Assembly (NCBI GenBank): GCA_021463485.1
Contig: JAJTYJ010000003.1
Coordinates: 88,380-152,379 of the forward strand
Length of the DNA: 64,000 nt
Origin: a bacterium
GTDB lineage: Bacteria; Patescibacteriota; UBA1384; 2-12-FULL-50-11
Direction of reading: 5' to 3'
Every line of letters begins with the position of its first letter. Position 1 is the first letter of the stretch. Shown here piece by piece: positions 1 to 11,454 of the stretch. The notes beneath the pieces were generated by a model. The model was not told the origin of the DNA. It did no database searches and was given only the letters and a program-made list of their open reading frames with translations. Made by a program: the position numbers and the translations under genes.

Positions 1-1513
1 CTTCGCGCAGTAAATTAACACCAATTAAAATATCAAAAGTGCCCTTACGTAATTCGCGCAAAATCTCAACCCGTTCCAACGTTTCGATATCACTGTGGAG
101 ATAGCGAACTTTATACTCTTTTTCTTGTAGGAAATCGGCTAGCTCTTCGGCCATCTTTTTTGTGAGCGTAGTCACTAATACTCGTTCTTGTTTCTCGACG
201 CGGTCTTTAATGTGTTCTAATAAGTCGTCGATCTGACCTTTGGCTGGACGAATTAACAGCTCTGGATCTAGAAGACCAGTTGGCCTAATAATTTGATCAA
301 CAACATTAGTAGACTTTGTTAGCTCGTATTGCGCGGGTGTTGCCGACGTATAGATAACTTGATTCACTTTTTGCTCGAATTCAGGGAATTTTAACGGTCG
401 ATTATCCCTGGCGGAAGGAAGTCTAAAACCGTGTTCAATAAGTACGTCCTTTCGAGCTCTATCGCCGTTGTACATCCCGTTTAATTGAGAGATCGTGACG
501 TGAGATTCGTCGATTACTGTTAAAAAGTCGTCAGGAAAGTAATCGAGCAAGGTGCTCGGCGTTCGACCGGGTTCGCCGCCGTCAAAATGTCGTGAGTAAT
601 TCTCGATACCGTTGCAATACCCAACCTCGCGGATCATCTCCATATCGTAAATTGTTCGTCGTCTTAAGCGCTCTGCCTCGAGCAACTTATCGTTGGCTTC
701 GAGGACTTTCAACCTATCTTTTAGCTCACTATCAATTGATTTGAGTGCGCGTTCGATTTGTTCTGGCGGAGTAACAAAGTGACGTGACGGGTAAATAACA
801 GCAACGCGTAAACTTATTAACTCGTGATTTGTGACTGGATCGATTTCAATAATATCCTCGATTGTATCGCCGAACATACTAATACGAATGATCCGTTGTA
901 AGTTAGCTGGCATAATCTCAATGTTTTCGCCGCGAACGCGGAAATTTCCTCTCGAAAGTTCGATGTCATTGCGCTGATATTGCAAGAAAATAAGCTTGTC
1001 TATTAAAACGTCACGGCTAACTGTCTCTCCTTTACGTACGACAATTGTTGCTTTTTGATACTCCTCAGCTGAGCCAAGGCCGTAGATACAAGAAACTGAA
1101 GCGACCACGATGACATCTTTTCGGCTTAATACCGCCTGAGTCGCAGCGTGACGAAGGCGATCAATCTCGTCGTTAATTTGCGCCTCCTTTTCGATGTATG
1201 TATCCGAGTTCGGCATGTATGCTTCTGGTTGATAGTAGTCGTAGTAGCTCACGAAGTACTCGACAGCGTTCTTGGGGAAAAAGTGACGAAATTCGCTAGT
1301 TAGTTGGGCGGCTAACGTTTTGTTATGGGCAATCACTAGTGTCGGTTTTTGAGTAGCGGCGATCACATTAGCAATGGTAAATGTTTTACCAGAACCCGTT
1401 ACACCAAGAAGCGTTTGGTGTTTTTCGCCCTTTTTTATGCCCGCACTAAGTGAAGCGATTGCTTTAGGCTGATCGCCGGCTGGTGTGACGTTACTGTTTA
1501 ACTCAAACTTCAT
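1..1513 (-). CDS. uvrB: Excinuclease ABC subunit B (3' end outside window)
   Basis: Manual translation from CAT 1511-1513: [19 protein letters not shown]..., Walker [28 protein letters not shown]; not in ORF track because it runs off the edge. Confidence 0.97.
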   Translation of the reverse strand, partial: MKFELNSNVTPAGDQPKAIASLSAGIKKGEKHQTLLGVTGSGKTFTIANVIAATQKPTLVIAHNKTLAAQLTSEFRHFFPKNAVEYFVSYYDYYQPEAYMPNSDTYIEKEAQINDEIDRLRHAATQAVLSRKDVIVVASVSCIYGLGSAEEYQKATIVVRKGETVSRDVLIDKLIFLQYQRNDIELSRGNFRVRGENIEIMPANLQRIIRISMFGDTIEDIIEIDPVTNHELISLRVAVIYPSRHFVTPPEQIERALKSIDSELKDRLKVLEANDKLLEAERLRRRTIYDMEMIREVGYCNGIENYSRHFDGGEPGRTPSTLLDYFPDDFLTVIDESHVTISQLNGMYNGDRARKDVLIEHGFRLPSARDNRPLKFPEFEQKVNQVIYTSATPAQYELTKSTNVVDQIIRPTGLLDPELLIRPAKGQIDDLLEHIKDRVEKQERVLVTTLTKKMAEELADFLQEKEYKVRYLHSDIETLERVEILRELRKGTFDILIGVNLLRE

Positions 1514-1565
1514 TAGTTAGTCGATTGTAACAACCCTGTTTTAACCTGTAAAACAACATATACCC

Positions 1566-1594
1566 TTGACAGGTTGTATTAGGGTATCTACCTT
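1566..1594 (+). promoter_or_regulatory. Sigma70-type promoter for the 66-aa gene
   Basis: TTGACA (1566-1571), 17 nt, TACCTT (1589-1594). Confidence 0.6.
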
Positions 1595-1668
1595 GAGCTA
1601 CAGGTAGCGACAGCAGTTACTACCGACAAATTAAGAAATAACACTGCGGGGAAGGAGGTGAACGAATA

Positions 1669-1869
1669 ATGGCATTTAGCACCGTTTCAAAAAAATCCGG
1701 CAAGACCTACTACCTCCATCACCGTAGCGTAACTCTACGAGGAGGTCGTCAGCAGACGATCTACTTCTTTGCTCAGGATGTCCGCGATGGCGCTCTTGAC
1801 GCAGTCCCCGCAGGATACATGGTAATGGAAAACGCACGAACTGGTCTTCCAATGTTGAAGAAGGCGTAA
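1669..1869 (+). CDS. Small basic conserved hypothetical protein (66 aa)
   Basis: Strong SD AAGGAGGTGA, upstream promoter, downstream terminator; GKTYYLH...RQQTIYFFA...RTGLPMLKK. Confidence 0.85.
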   Translation: MAFSTVSKKSGKTYYLHHRSVTLRGGRQQTIYFFAQDVRDGALDAVPAGYMVMENARTGLPMLKKA

Positions 1870-1886
1870 GATTGTGAGTTCTCACG

Positions 1887-1918
1887 CAAAAAATCCGCAG
1901 CTAACTGCGGATTTTTTG
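1887..1918 (+). terminator. Intrinsic (bidirectional-type) terminator
   Basis: CAAAAAATCCGCAG-CTAA-CTGCGGATTTTTTG perfect inverted repeat. Confidence 0.85.
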
Positions 1919-1949
1919 TTGTAACGGGTATATACTACTAGTGTTAGGA

Positions 1950-3308
1950 ATGAAAAAATTCAACCTATATTTTGCGGTACTCTCGGTGGTCGCAGACGCA
2001 ATCCTTCTCTGGGCAGCGATGTATATCGCGTATTATCAACGCGCCGATGGGCACGAAATTTATCTCTGGCCACTCTCTAGTTATTTCACATTCGTCTTAA
2101 AGTTTATCCCGATCTGGCTTCTAATGATGGCGTATCAAGGCCTGTACCGGCTCCGTAATCCACTAAAGGGCTGGACGGCGGTAGCACGAATTATTACCGC
2201 GATATTGTCTGGTTGGGGTGTGATACTCATTTATCTATATTTATCTCGATCTCCCGAGTCATTAGTTTTCCCGCGATTAATCATCGCTTACGGAGCGCTG
2301 TTAACAGTAACATTTGTCTTGATCGGTCGATCGTTACTCGATTCGTTTCGTAAGTTTCTACACCGATACGGATACGGATTTATACATACGGTTATTATCG
2401 CCAAATCGCCTCAAGATAGTTTCGTAATCGAAGTCCAGAAACCCATCCATAACAGGAAAGTAAGAGCAGTTGTTACTAGCGACTTTATTAACCAGCTAAA
2501 TAAGATCGAGCGTAAGGATCGGTTCGAAGAAGTGGTAGTTGCTTGGCCAGATCTTGACGAAAAAGAAGTTTTTAAGATTATCGATTGGGCTGAGTCCCAT
2601 TTCGTTAACTTTGCCCAAATACCGACTTTGCTTGATGTGAAGGCATCGAGGGTTGAGCCTGGTGTTTTAGCCGGTTCGCCGATTATTTACTTCCAATCAT
2701 CGCCGCTTGATGGGTGGGGGAGAGTGTTTAAACGTTTACTGGATTTACTAGTTGTCACTCCCGCACTGATTGTCGCTTTACCGTTGTTTGCAGTGCTTTC
2801 TCTCTTAGTACGAATGTCGTCACCCGGCCCGATAATCTATCGTGAACGGCGGATCGGTCAGGATGGAAGCGAGATAATGATCGGTAAATTTAGAAGTATG
2901 TACGCTGATTGGCGCGAACGATTCCCGCACGTTAAAGATTGGGCGGCCGATGAAAAAACCGATATTCGTATTACTCCGATCGGCCGAATATTACGCAAAA
3001 CTAACCTAGATGAAATCCCGCAACTTTGGGATGTTTTTGTTGGTCGGATGAGCTTAGTCGGACCGCGTCCCGAGCAGCCAAAATACGTTAAGCAATTTGC
3101 AGAAGAGGTGCCACAATACATTAAACGACACCACGTTAAGGTAGGCTTAACGGGTTGGGCGCAGATTAACGGCTTACGTGGCAACACTCCAATCCCTGAG
3201 CGAACGAAATACGATCTTTATTATATTCAGAATTGGTCAATTTGGTTCGACATTAGAATTATTCTTGGTACGTTACTGTACATGGGAAAACAGCTATTCA
3301 GCCGATGA
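1950..3308 (+). CDS. Polyprenyl-phosphate glycosylphosphotransferase (WcaJ/WbaP-type priming sugar transferase)
   Basis: N-terminal TM helices; C-terminal KRLLD, KFRSM, DEIPQL, MSLVGPRPE, GLTGWAQING motifs; ATG 1950 preferred over GTG 1941. Confidence 0.93.
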   Translation: MKKFNLYFAVLSVVADAILLWAAMYIAYYQRADGHEIYLWPLSSYFTFVLKFIPIWLLMMAYQGLYRLRNPLKGWTAVARIITAILSGWGVILIYLYLSRSPESLVFPRLIIAYGALLTVTFVLIGRSLLDSFRKFLHRYGYGFIHTVIIAKSPQDSFVIEVQKPIHNRKVRAVVTSDFINQLNKIERKDRFEEVVVAWPDLDEKEVFKIIDWAESHFVNFAQIPTLLDVKASRVEPGVLAGSPIIYFQSSPLDGWGRVFKRLLDLLVVTPALIVALPLFAVLSLLVRMSSPGPIIYRERRIGQDGSEIMIGKFRSMYADWRERFPHVKDWAADEKTDIRITPIGRILRKTNLDEIPQLWDVFVGRMSLVGPRPEQPKYVKQFAEEVPQYIKRHHVKVGLTGWAQINGLRGNTPIPERTKYDLYYIQNWSIWFDIRIILGTLLYMGKQLFSR

Positions 3309-4402
3309 AAGTAGCTCTCGTTCACGACTTTTTTACGCAGTGGGGCGGCGGTGAGCGCGTTTTGAAATACTTCAGCGACATTTATCCCGATGCGCCGATC
3401 TACTTGATTGCGAAAGACCAGAAGTTAATTGATGAGTTTTTGCCAGGGAGAACAATTATTCCGAGTTTTCTTCAAGATTATCCGGGCATGCCAGCTGCGT
3501 TTAAGTATTATCTGTCGTTAATGCCACGAGCGATCGAGTCGTTTGATCTTTCTAGCTACGACGTTGTGCTATCCGACTCCTCTGCTTACGCCAAGGGCGC
3601 GATTACCAAGCCGCCGACGAAGCATATCTGCTATCTTCACACACCGACACGATACCTAACCAGCGACAAAGAAGAGTATCTAGCTAATGCCCCAATTCCA
3701 CTACCTTTGATTGGTAGGCCGGTGGTACGAGCGATCACAAACTCATTGGCTAAATGGGATTTACAAGCCAGTAAGCGACCGGATTATTTAATCGCAAATT
3801 CTAATTACATCGCCGAAAGAACTAAAAAATACTACGGACGAGTACCAGATGAAGTGTTATTTCCGCCGGTTGACGTTGCAAGGTACAAAATTGCCGAACA
3901 GATCGGCGATTATTGGCTGATTTTAGGACGCAACGAGCCGTACAAACGCACCGATCTTGCGATAGTGGCTGCTAATAAACTAGGGCTAAAGCTAAAAGTT
4001 GTTGGCGGTGGAACAAAGATGCAAGAACTAAAATCGCTTGCTGGACCAACAGTCGAATTCACGGGTCGAGTCAGCGACGACGAACTAGTTGAACTTTACT
4101 CGCATGCAATCGGACTAATTTTTCCACCCAAAGAAGACGCGGGGATGACGCCGCTAGAAGCCATGGCGAGCGGCCGACCAGTTATCGCTTACGGTGAGGG
4201 CGGCGCCCTCGAGTCGATTGTGGCGGGAGTAACGGGCGAATTTTTTAACCAGCAATCGGTCGATTCGTTGTGCGAGGTTCTTAAAAATTTCGATATCTCT
4301 AAATACAATCCAGCAACAATCCGTGATCACGCAATGAAATTCGACGTCGAAAAATTTAAAAATCGCATTCGAGATATCGTTAGCGCTCAGTTATCTAGCT
4401 GA
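3305..4402 (+). CDS. Glycosyltransferase family 4 (WbaZ/mannosyltransferase-like)
   Basis: MKVALVHD...GGGERV, EDAGMTPLEAMASGRPVIAY; ATGA overlap with upstream gene. Confidence 0.92.
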   Translation: MKVALVHDFFTQWGGGERVLKYFSDIYPDAPIYLIAKDQKLIDEFLPGRTIIPSFLQDYPGMPAAFKYYLSLMPRAIESFDLSSYDVVLSDSSAYAKGAITKPPTKHICYLHTPTRYLTSDKEEYLANAPIPLPLIGRPVVRAITNSLAKWDLQASKRPDYLIANSNYIAERTKKYYGRVPDEVLFPPVDVARYKIAEQIGDYWLILGRNEPYKRTDLAIVAANKLGLKLKVVGGGTKMQELKSLAGPTVEFTGRVSDDELVELYSHAIGLIFPPKEDAGMTPLEAMASGRPVIAYGEGGALESIVAGVTGEFFNQQSVDSLCEVLKNFDISKYNPATIRDHAMKFDVEKFKNRIRDIVSAQLSS

Positions 4403-4464
4403 CAGCTTGAAAATTCTTCTCTATAATTCATTTACAACCTTACGGCACATAAGAGGTGTACATT

Positions 4465-4950
4465 ATGAACAATAAACGCAAACTTGTGGCAATTAGCCAC
4501 AACTACATCGGTGAGACGTTAGCCAAAAGTCTTCCAAACAAGCCGATCGAGCTTGAGCAGCGAGTGGTGATCCCCATCTCTGCCGAGCATCTTCTGGCTG
4601 CTCAACGGCCAAGAGCGGGTAGATTTGAGAACCGCGACTGGATGATTCAACAAGTTCGTGATCTGGAAATCGCCCTACAATCACCGGATCTGCTATTGCT
4701 CTATATTGGCAGATCACCGATGCTCGACGCTCTCAACTTCGCAACCCTGTTCGAGTCGGCAGAGATTCATTTGGTGTTAAACCGCGAACGTGACGTCGAG
4801 CTCAACTTCCAAGAGTCTTGGGATACTCGCCAATGGTCGTACTGGCCGATTCTGCACTTCGCTGAGACGACCGGCAACTGCACGATGGCGCGTCTGGTTG
4901 ATCAATTCATCAACGCCGGATTTATCCAGCCTGAACCGATTTGGTGGTAA
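4465..4950 (+). CDS. Hypothetical protein
   Basis: SD AAGAGGTG before ATG 4465, TATAAT upstream, GC hairpin plus T-run after stop. Confidence 0.75.
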   Translation: MNNKRKLVAISHNYIGETLAKSLPNKPIELEQRVVIPISAEHLLAAQRPRAGRFENRDWMIQQVRDLEIALQSPDLLLLYIGRSPMLDALNFATLFESAEIHLVLNRERDVELNFQESWDTRQWSYWPILHFAETTGNCTMARLVDQFINAGFIQPEPIWW

Positions 4951-5002
4951 GCCCGCGGCGACTTGTTCGCCGCTTTTTATTGCTTACAAACGGGTTGCCT
5001 AA

Positions 5003-6973
<1,971 letters not shown>

Positions 6974-7039
6974 ATGAGAAAAATAATGATATCTTTATGT
7001 CTTTTCTCAATACAAGATTTCGAAATAGATAATTAATTC

Positions 7040-9637
7040 ATGGACGAAGAACTACGAAACGATTCAGCTGAGCAACTACCACAAGAGCCGATCGAAGATA
7101 CGGTAGATTCTGATACTCCCGAAACACAACCAAACGTTGTGGAGCAGCCACGAGAAGTTGTAGAGGAAAACTCAACCGAAAAAACATCGTTCGGTTTAAT
7201 TAGAGCACGATCAATTAATAACGAGATGAGTGAGAGCTATCTCGATTACGCGATGAGCGTTATCGTCTCTCGTGCACTTCCTGACGTTCGCGACGGCTTG
7301 AAGCCGGTGCATCGCCGTATTCTTTACGCCATGCATGATATGGGATTAACGCCGGGCGCAAAACACCGAAAATCAGCCAAGATCAACGGTGAAGTTTTAG
7401 GTAACTACCACCCGCACGGCGAGTTAGCGGTCTACGACGCGATGGTTCGTATGGCTCAGTGGTGGAGTTTGCGCTTACCGTTAGTTAACGGTCAGGGAAA
7501 CTTTGGATCGATGGACGGCGACTCTCCGGCTGCATCGCGATACACCGAGGCGCGTCTTGCGCCGCCCGCCGAAGCGCTATTAGCTGATATCGAGAAAGAA
7601 ACTGTCGATTATCGTGACAACTACGACGGTACACGCCAAGAACCGGTAGTTCTACCCACGCGATTACCAAATCTGTTAATCAACGGCTCACAAGGGATCG
7701 CTGTCGGTATGGCAACCAATATACCGCCGCACAATCCTGCTGAAGTTATCGACGGTCTACTTGTTCTACAGAAAAATCCAACAGCCTCGTTAGAAGAGCT
7801 GATGGAAGCAGTAAAAGGACCAGATTTTCCAACCGGCGGTATTATTTATAACCAAAACGATATTAAAGAAGCGTTTGCAACTGGACGCGGACGGATATTA
7901 ATTCGCGGTCGAGCGGAGATCGTCGAAGATAAAAAAAGAGAACAAATCGTTGTTACAGAGCTACCGTATCAGACCAACAAAGCAACGTTTATCGTTCATA
8001 TCGCCGAATTGGTTAAAGCTAAAAAAATTGAGGGTATCCACGACATTCGCGACGAATCCGATCGCAAAGAAGGTGTCAGAGTAGTGATCGAGCTAAAAAC
8101 CGGCGCCGTTTCTTCTAAGATTTTAAACCAGTTATACGAGCTAACCGAATTACAAACGGTAATTCACTACAATATGGTGGCGCTTGTCGACGGTATTCAA
8201 CCGAAAGTTCTAACCCTAACCGAAGCCCTAACAGAATTCTTGGGCCACCGCACTGACGTTGTGACGCGCCGCACTAACTACGAGCTCAAAATCGCCAAGG
8301 CCAGAGCTCACATATTAGAAGGATTAAAAATCGCGCTTGATCATTTGGACGCGATTATTAAATTAATTCGCGAGTCTGCTAACCGAGATGCTGCTAAGGC
8401 GGCGCTTATGAATTCGTACAAATTAAGCGAGATTCAAGCCAACGCTATTCTTGACATGCGCCTCTCGCAGCTAGCGAACCTTGAGCGTCAAAAAATCTAC
8501 GACGAATACGACGCTGTGATGAAGCTAATCGCCGATCTCGAAGATATTTTGGCTAAGCCGGAGCGAGTTGAAGCGATTATTCGTGATGAACTCTTGGAAA
8601 TGAAGAAAAAGTACGGCGATGCGCGGCGAACAGAAATTCGCCCAGAAGCGCTTAACGCTATGACAGCACTCGACCTTATTCCAGAAGAAAACGTCTTAAT
8701 TACGCTTACCGCCAACAACTATGTTAAGCGCTTAACCCCAGACACGTATCGTAGCCAGTCACGTGGCGGTAAGGGTGTTATCGGGATGACGACGCGCGAA
8801 GACGACGTTGTAATGGATATGATTTTTGCTTCAACCCACGACGATATTCTTTTTTTCACCGACAAAGGTCGGGCGTTTAAGGTAAAAACCTACGAGATCC
8901 CAGCCGCAAGTCGCCAAAGCAAGGGAGTAGCGCTGCCGAATATTATCCGGATTCTACCTGATGAGAAAGTAACCGAGATCGTAAGCGTGAAAGCGAGCGA
9001 TCAATTCGAGTACTTCTTCTTCGCAACGCGCGAAGGTACTGTCAAACGAGTCGAGCGAAAAGCGTTCGATAACGTTCGTAAAAGCGGCGTTACAGCTGTT
9101 GGTCTAAAAGGTAAAGACCAACTCATCTGGGTAAAAAGAACCAGTGGTAACGATGAGATCGCTCAAATAACTAAAAACGCTCAGGTGATTGTATACAACG
9201 AATCGGAAGTTCGGGCGATGGGTCGTAGCGCCTCGGGTGTACGCGGTATTAAGCTAAAAAGCGGTGACATCGTGATCGAGACGACAGTTCTTAACGAAGC
9301 CTCGCAATCGATTTGTGTTATTAGTGAGCGTGGTATCGGAAAACGAGTGTTATTAAAAGAATTCCGAAACCAACACCGCGGCGGTAGCGGTATCAGAATC
9401 GCAAAAATCACAGAAAAAACTGGCAAACTCGCCGCTGGGGCAGTGATCGAAGAGGGAGTAAACGATTTAATAATCTCCAGCGTCGGTGGTCAAGTTATCC
9501 GTATTCCTGTTAACGACGTCAAACATCTTTCAAGGCAAGCATCCGGAGTGATCCTCATGCGAACAAACGCTGGCGATACAGTAAGTACGCTCGCTGTTGT
9601 TAACCAGGAACAAGAAACCGAGAAAGAGCCATCATAA
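7040..9637 (+). CDS. gyrA: DNA gyrase subunit A
   Basis: RALPDVRDGLKPVHRR, active-site SRYTE, GyrA box QSRGGKG, pinwheel repeats. Confidence 0.98.
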   Translation: MDEELRNDSAEQLPQEPIEDTVDSDTPETQPNVVEQPREVVEENSTEKTSFGLIRARSINNEMSESYLDYAMSVIVSRALPDVRDGLKPVHRRILYAMHDMGLTPGAKHRKSAKINGEVLGNYHPHGELAVYDAMVRMAQWWSLRLPLVNGQGNFGSMDGDSPAASRYTEARLAPPAEALLADIEKETVDYRDNYDGTRQEPVVLPTRLPNLLINGSQGIAVGMATNIPPHNPAEVIDGLLVLQKNPTASLEELMEAVKGPDFPTGGIIYNQNDIKEAFATGRGRILIRGRAEIVEDKKREQIVVTELPYQTNKATFIVHIAELVKAKKIEGIHDIRDESDRKEGVRVVIELKTGAVSSKILNQLYELTELQTVIHYNMVALVDGIQPKVLTLTEALTEFLGHRTDVVTRRTNYELKIAKARAHILEGLKIALDHLDAIIKLIRESANRDAAKAALMNSYKLSEIQANAILDMRLSQLANLERQKIYDEYDAVMKLIADLEDILAKPERVEAIIRDELLEMKKKYGDARRTEIRPEALNAMTALDLIPEENVLITLTANNYVKRLTPDTYRSQSRGGKGVIGMTTREDDVVMDMIFASTHDDILFFTDKGRAFKVKTYEIPAASRQSKGVALPNIIRILPDEKVTEIVSVKASDQFEYFFFATREGTVKRVERKAFDNVRKSGVTAVGLKGKDQLIWVKRTSGNDEIAQITKNAQVIVYNESEVRAMGRSASGVRGIKLKSGDIVIETTVLNEASQSICVISERGIGKRVLLKEFRNQHRGGSGIRIAKITEKTGKLAAGAVIEEGVNDLIISSVGGQVIRIPVNDVKHLSRQASGVILMRTNAGDTVSTLAVVNQEQETEKEPS

Positions 9638-11337
9638 TGACAGAAAAAAACACACTAGTATTACCCGAAGAAATTTCGGTTCGGACGCTCGCTAGCGCCA
9701 TGAAAGTTGACCCGACAGTCGTAATCGGGAAGCTAATTAGTAACGGCGTGATGGCAACCATTAACCAAACGCTCGATTACGAGACGGCAGCGCTACTAGC
9801 CGAACAGATGGGCTTTACTACTTCGCTTGAAGAAAAAACAGTCAAAATTAATAAATCTGCGCAAGGTAAAGACGCGGTCGAACGCGCCCCGATCGTTACA
9901 ATTATGGGTCACGTCGATCACGGCAAGACGTCGTTACTAGATTATATTCGCCGTTCGAACATCGCTGCTGGTGAGTCTGGCGGAATTACGCAACACATCA
10001 GCGCGTATCAAATTGAATTTACTACCAGCGAGAAGCAAAAACGCAAAATTACATTCGTCGATACCCCAGGTCATGAGGCCTTCTCGGCGCTACGAGAACA
10101 TGGCGCAACACTTACAGATATCGTCGTATTAGTAGTTGCGGCTGACGACGGTGTTAAACCGCAAACCCTGGAAGTTATTCAACACGCTAAGAAAGCCAAC
10201 GTACCGATGATTGTGGCAATTAATAAAGCTGATCTGCCTACTACTAATATCGATCGAGTTAAACAACAGCTCTCCGAAAACGACGTAACCCCAGAAGAAT
10301 GGGGCGGTTCGACAGTAATGTTACCGATCTCAGCCAAAACAGGACAGGGCGTACCCGAGCTTTTGGAGATGATCGCGTTAACTGCCGATCTACTAGAATT
10401 AAAAGCCGATCCTGACGCTGTGCCGGAAGGGATAGTGATTGAAGCAAACCTCGATAAACAAGTCGGCCCGGTCGCAACAGTACTAATGTATAACGGTACG
10501 CTTCATCCCGGCCAAGTACTGGTGATCGGTTCAACCTACGGCCGTATTCGTTCGTTAGAAGATGATCTTCGCAGTCGCATCAGTTCGGCTGGTCCTTCAA
10601 AACCCGCTATCATTACAGGCTTAAAAGACGTACCGAGCTTCGGGGAGCGAATTGAGGTAGTACCGAACGAGAAAGTTGCTCGTTCTATGACACAAAGTGA
10701 TGCTAAACATAAAAAACACGGCGCGAAAGAAGGCGCTAACACCTATAAAGTAGTGCTAAAGGCAGACGTTGGTGGAAGTTTGGCAGCCTTTGAAGACTCG
10801 TTATCTAAACTCTCATTTAAAGACGCGACAATCGAAGTTCTTTCCAGCGGCATCGGACAAGTTAATGAAAACGATATTAACTTAGCGAAAACTTCCGGCG
10901 CAACTGTCATTTCGTTTAGAAGCGCTCCGATTAAGCGCGTTGCTGATATCGCAGAAAAAGAGGGCGTAATTCTTAAAGAATATTGGATTATTTACGATGC
11001 TATCGAGTTTCTAAATAGTGAGCTGAAACGAATCGCTACACCTGTTTTCGTAACAGAAGAGGTGGCGCGCCTAAAGGTACTAGCAATTTTTAGCCGCAAA
11101 GCGAAAAACGCTATTGTTGGTGGTGAAGTAACACAGGGTGTTGTCGTACCAAATGCAGATGTTACTGTTCTACGCGAAAAAGAAGAGGTCGGTACCGCCA
11201 AACTTAAAGAAATAAAAATCGGTAAACTAACTGTCGAACGCGCCGAAACCGGTACCCAGTGTGGAGTCTCACTTGAAGAAGTTAGCGACATCGCCGAAGG
11301 GGATATGCTGGTGTTCTCAATTACGCGAGAAGAGTAA
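9637..11337 (+). CDS. infB: Translation initiation factor IF-2 (short form)
   Basis: [27 protein letters not shown]. Confidence 0.97.
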   Translation: MTEKNTLVLPEEISVRTLASAMKVDPTVVIGKLISNGVMATINQTLDYETAALLAEQMGFTTSLEEKTVKINKSAQGKDAVERAPIVTIMGHVDHGKTSLLDYIRRSNIAAGESGGITQHISAYQIEFTTSEKQKRKITFVDTPGHEAFSALREHGATLTDIVVLVVAADDGVKPQTLEVIQHAKKANVPMIVAINKADLPTTNIDRVKQQLSENDVTPEEWGGSTVMLPISAKTGQGVPELLEMIALTADLLELKADPDAVPEGIVIEANLDKQVGPVATVLMYNGTLHPGQVLVIGSTYGRIRSLEDDLRSRISSAGPSKPAIITGLKDVPSFGERIEVVPNEKVARSMTQSDAKHKKHGAKEGANTYKVVLKADVGGSLAAFEDSLSKLSFKDATIEVLSSGIGQVNENDINLAKTSGATVISFRSAPIKRVADIAEKEGVILKEYWIIYDAIEFLNSELKRIATPVFVTEEVARLKVLAIFSRKAKNAIVGGEVTQGVVVPNADVTVLREKEEVGTAKLKEIKIGKLTVERAETGTQCGVSLEEVSDIAEGDMLVFSITREE

Positions 11338-11454
11338 TATTGCGTCTTGACTAACTTGTAGCTAGTCTAAAAGTAACAGGAGGGGATTATCGATTTCTTA
11401 GAGCAGATCTGGTACGGCTACTTACAATCAAACTTAACCGATGGGTCACGACTG

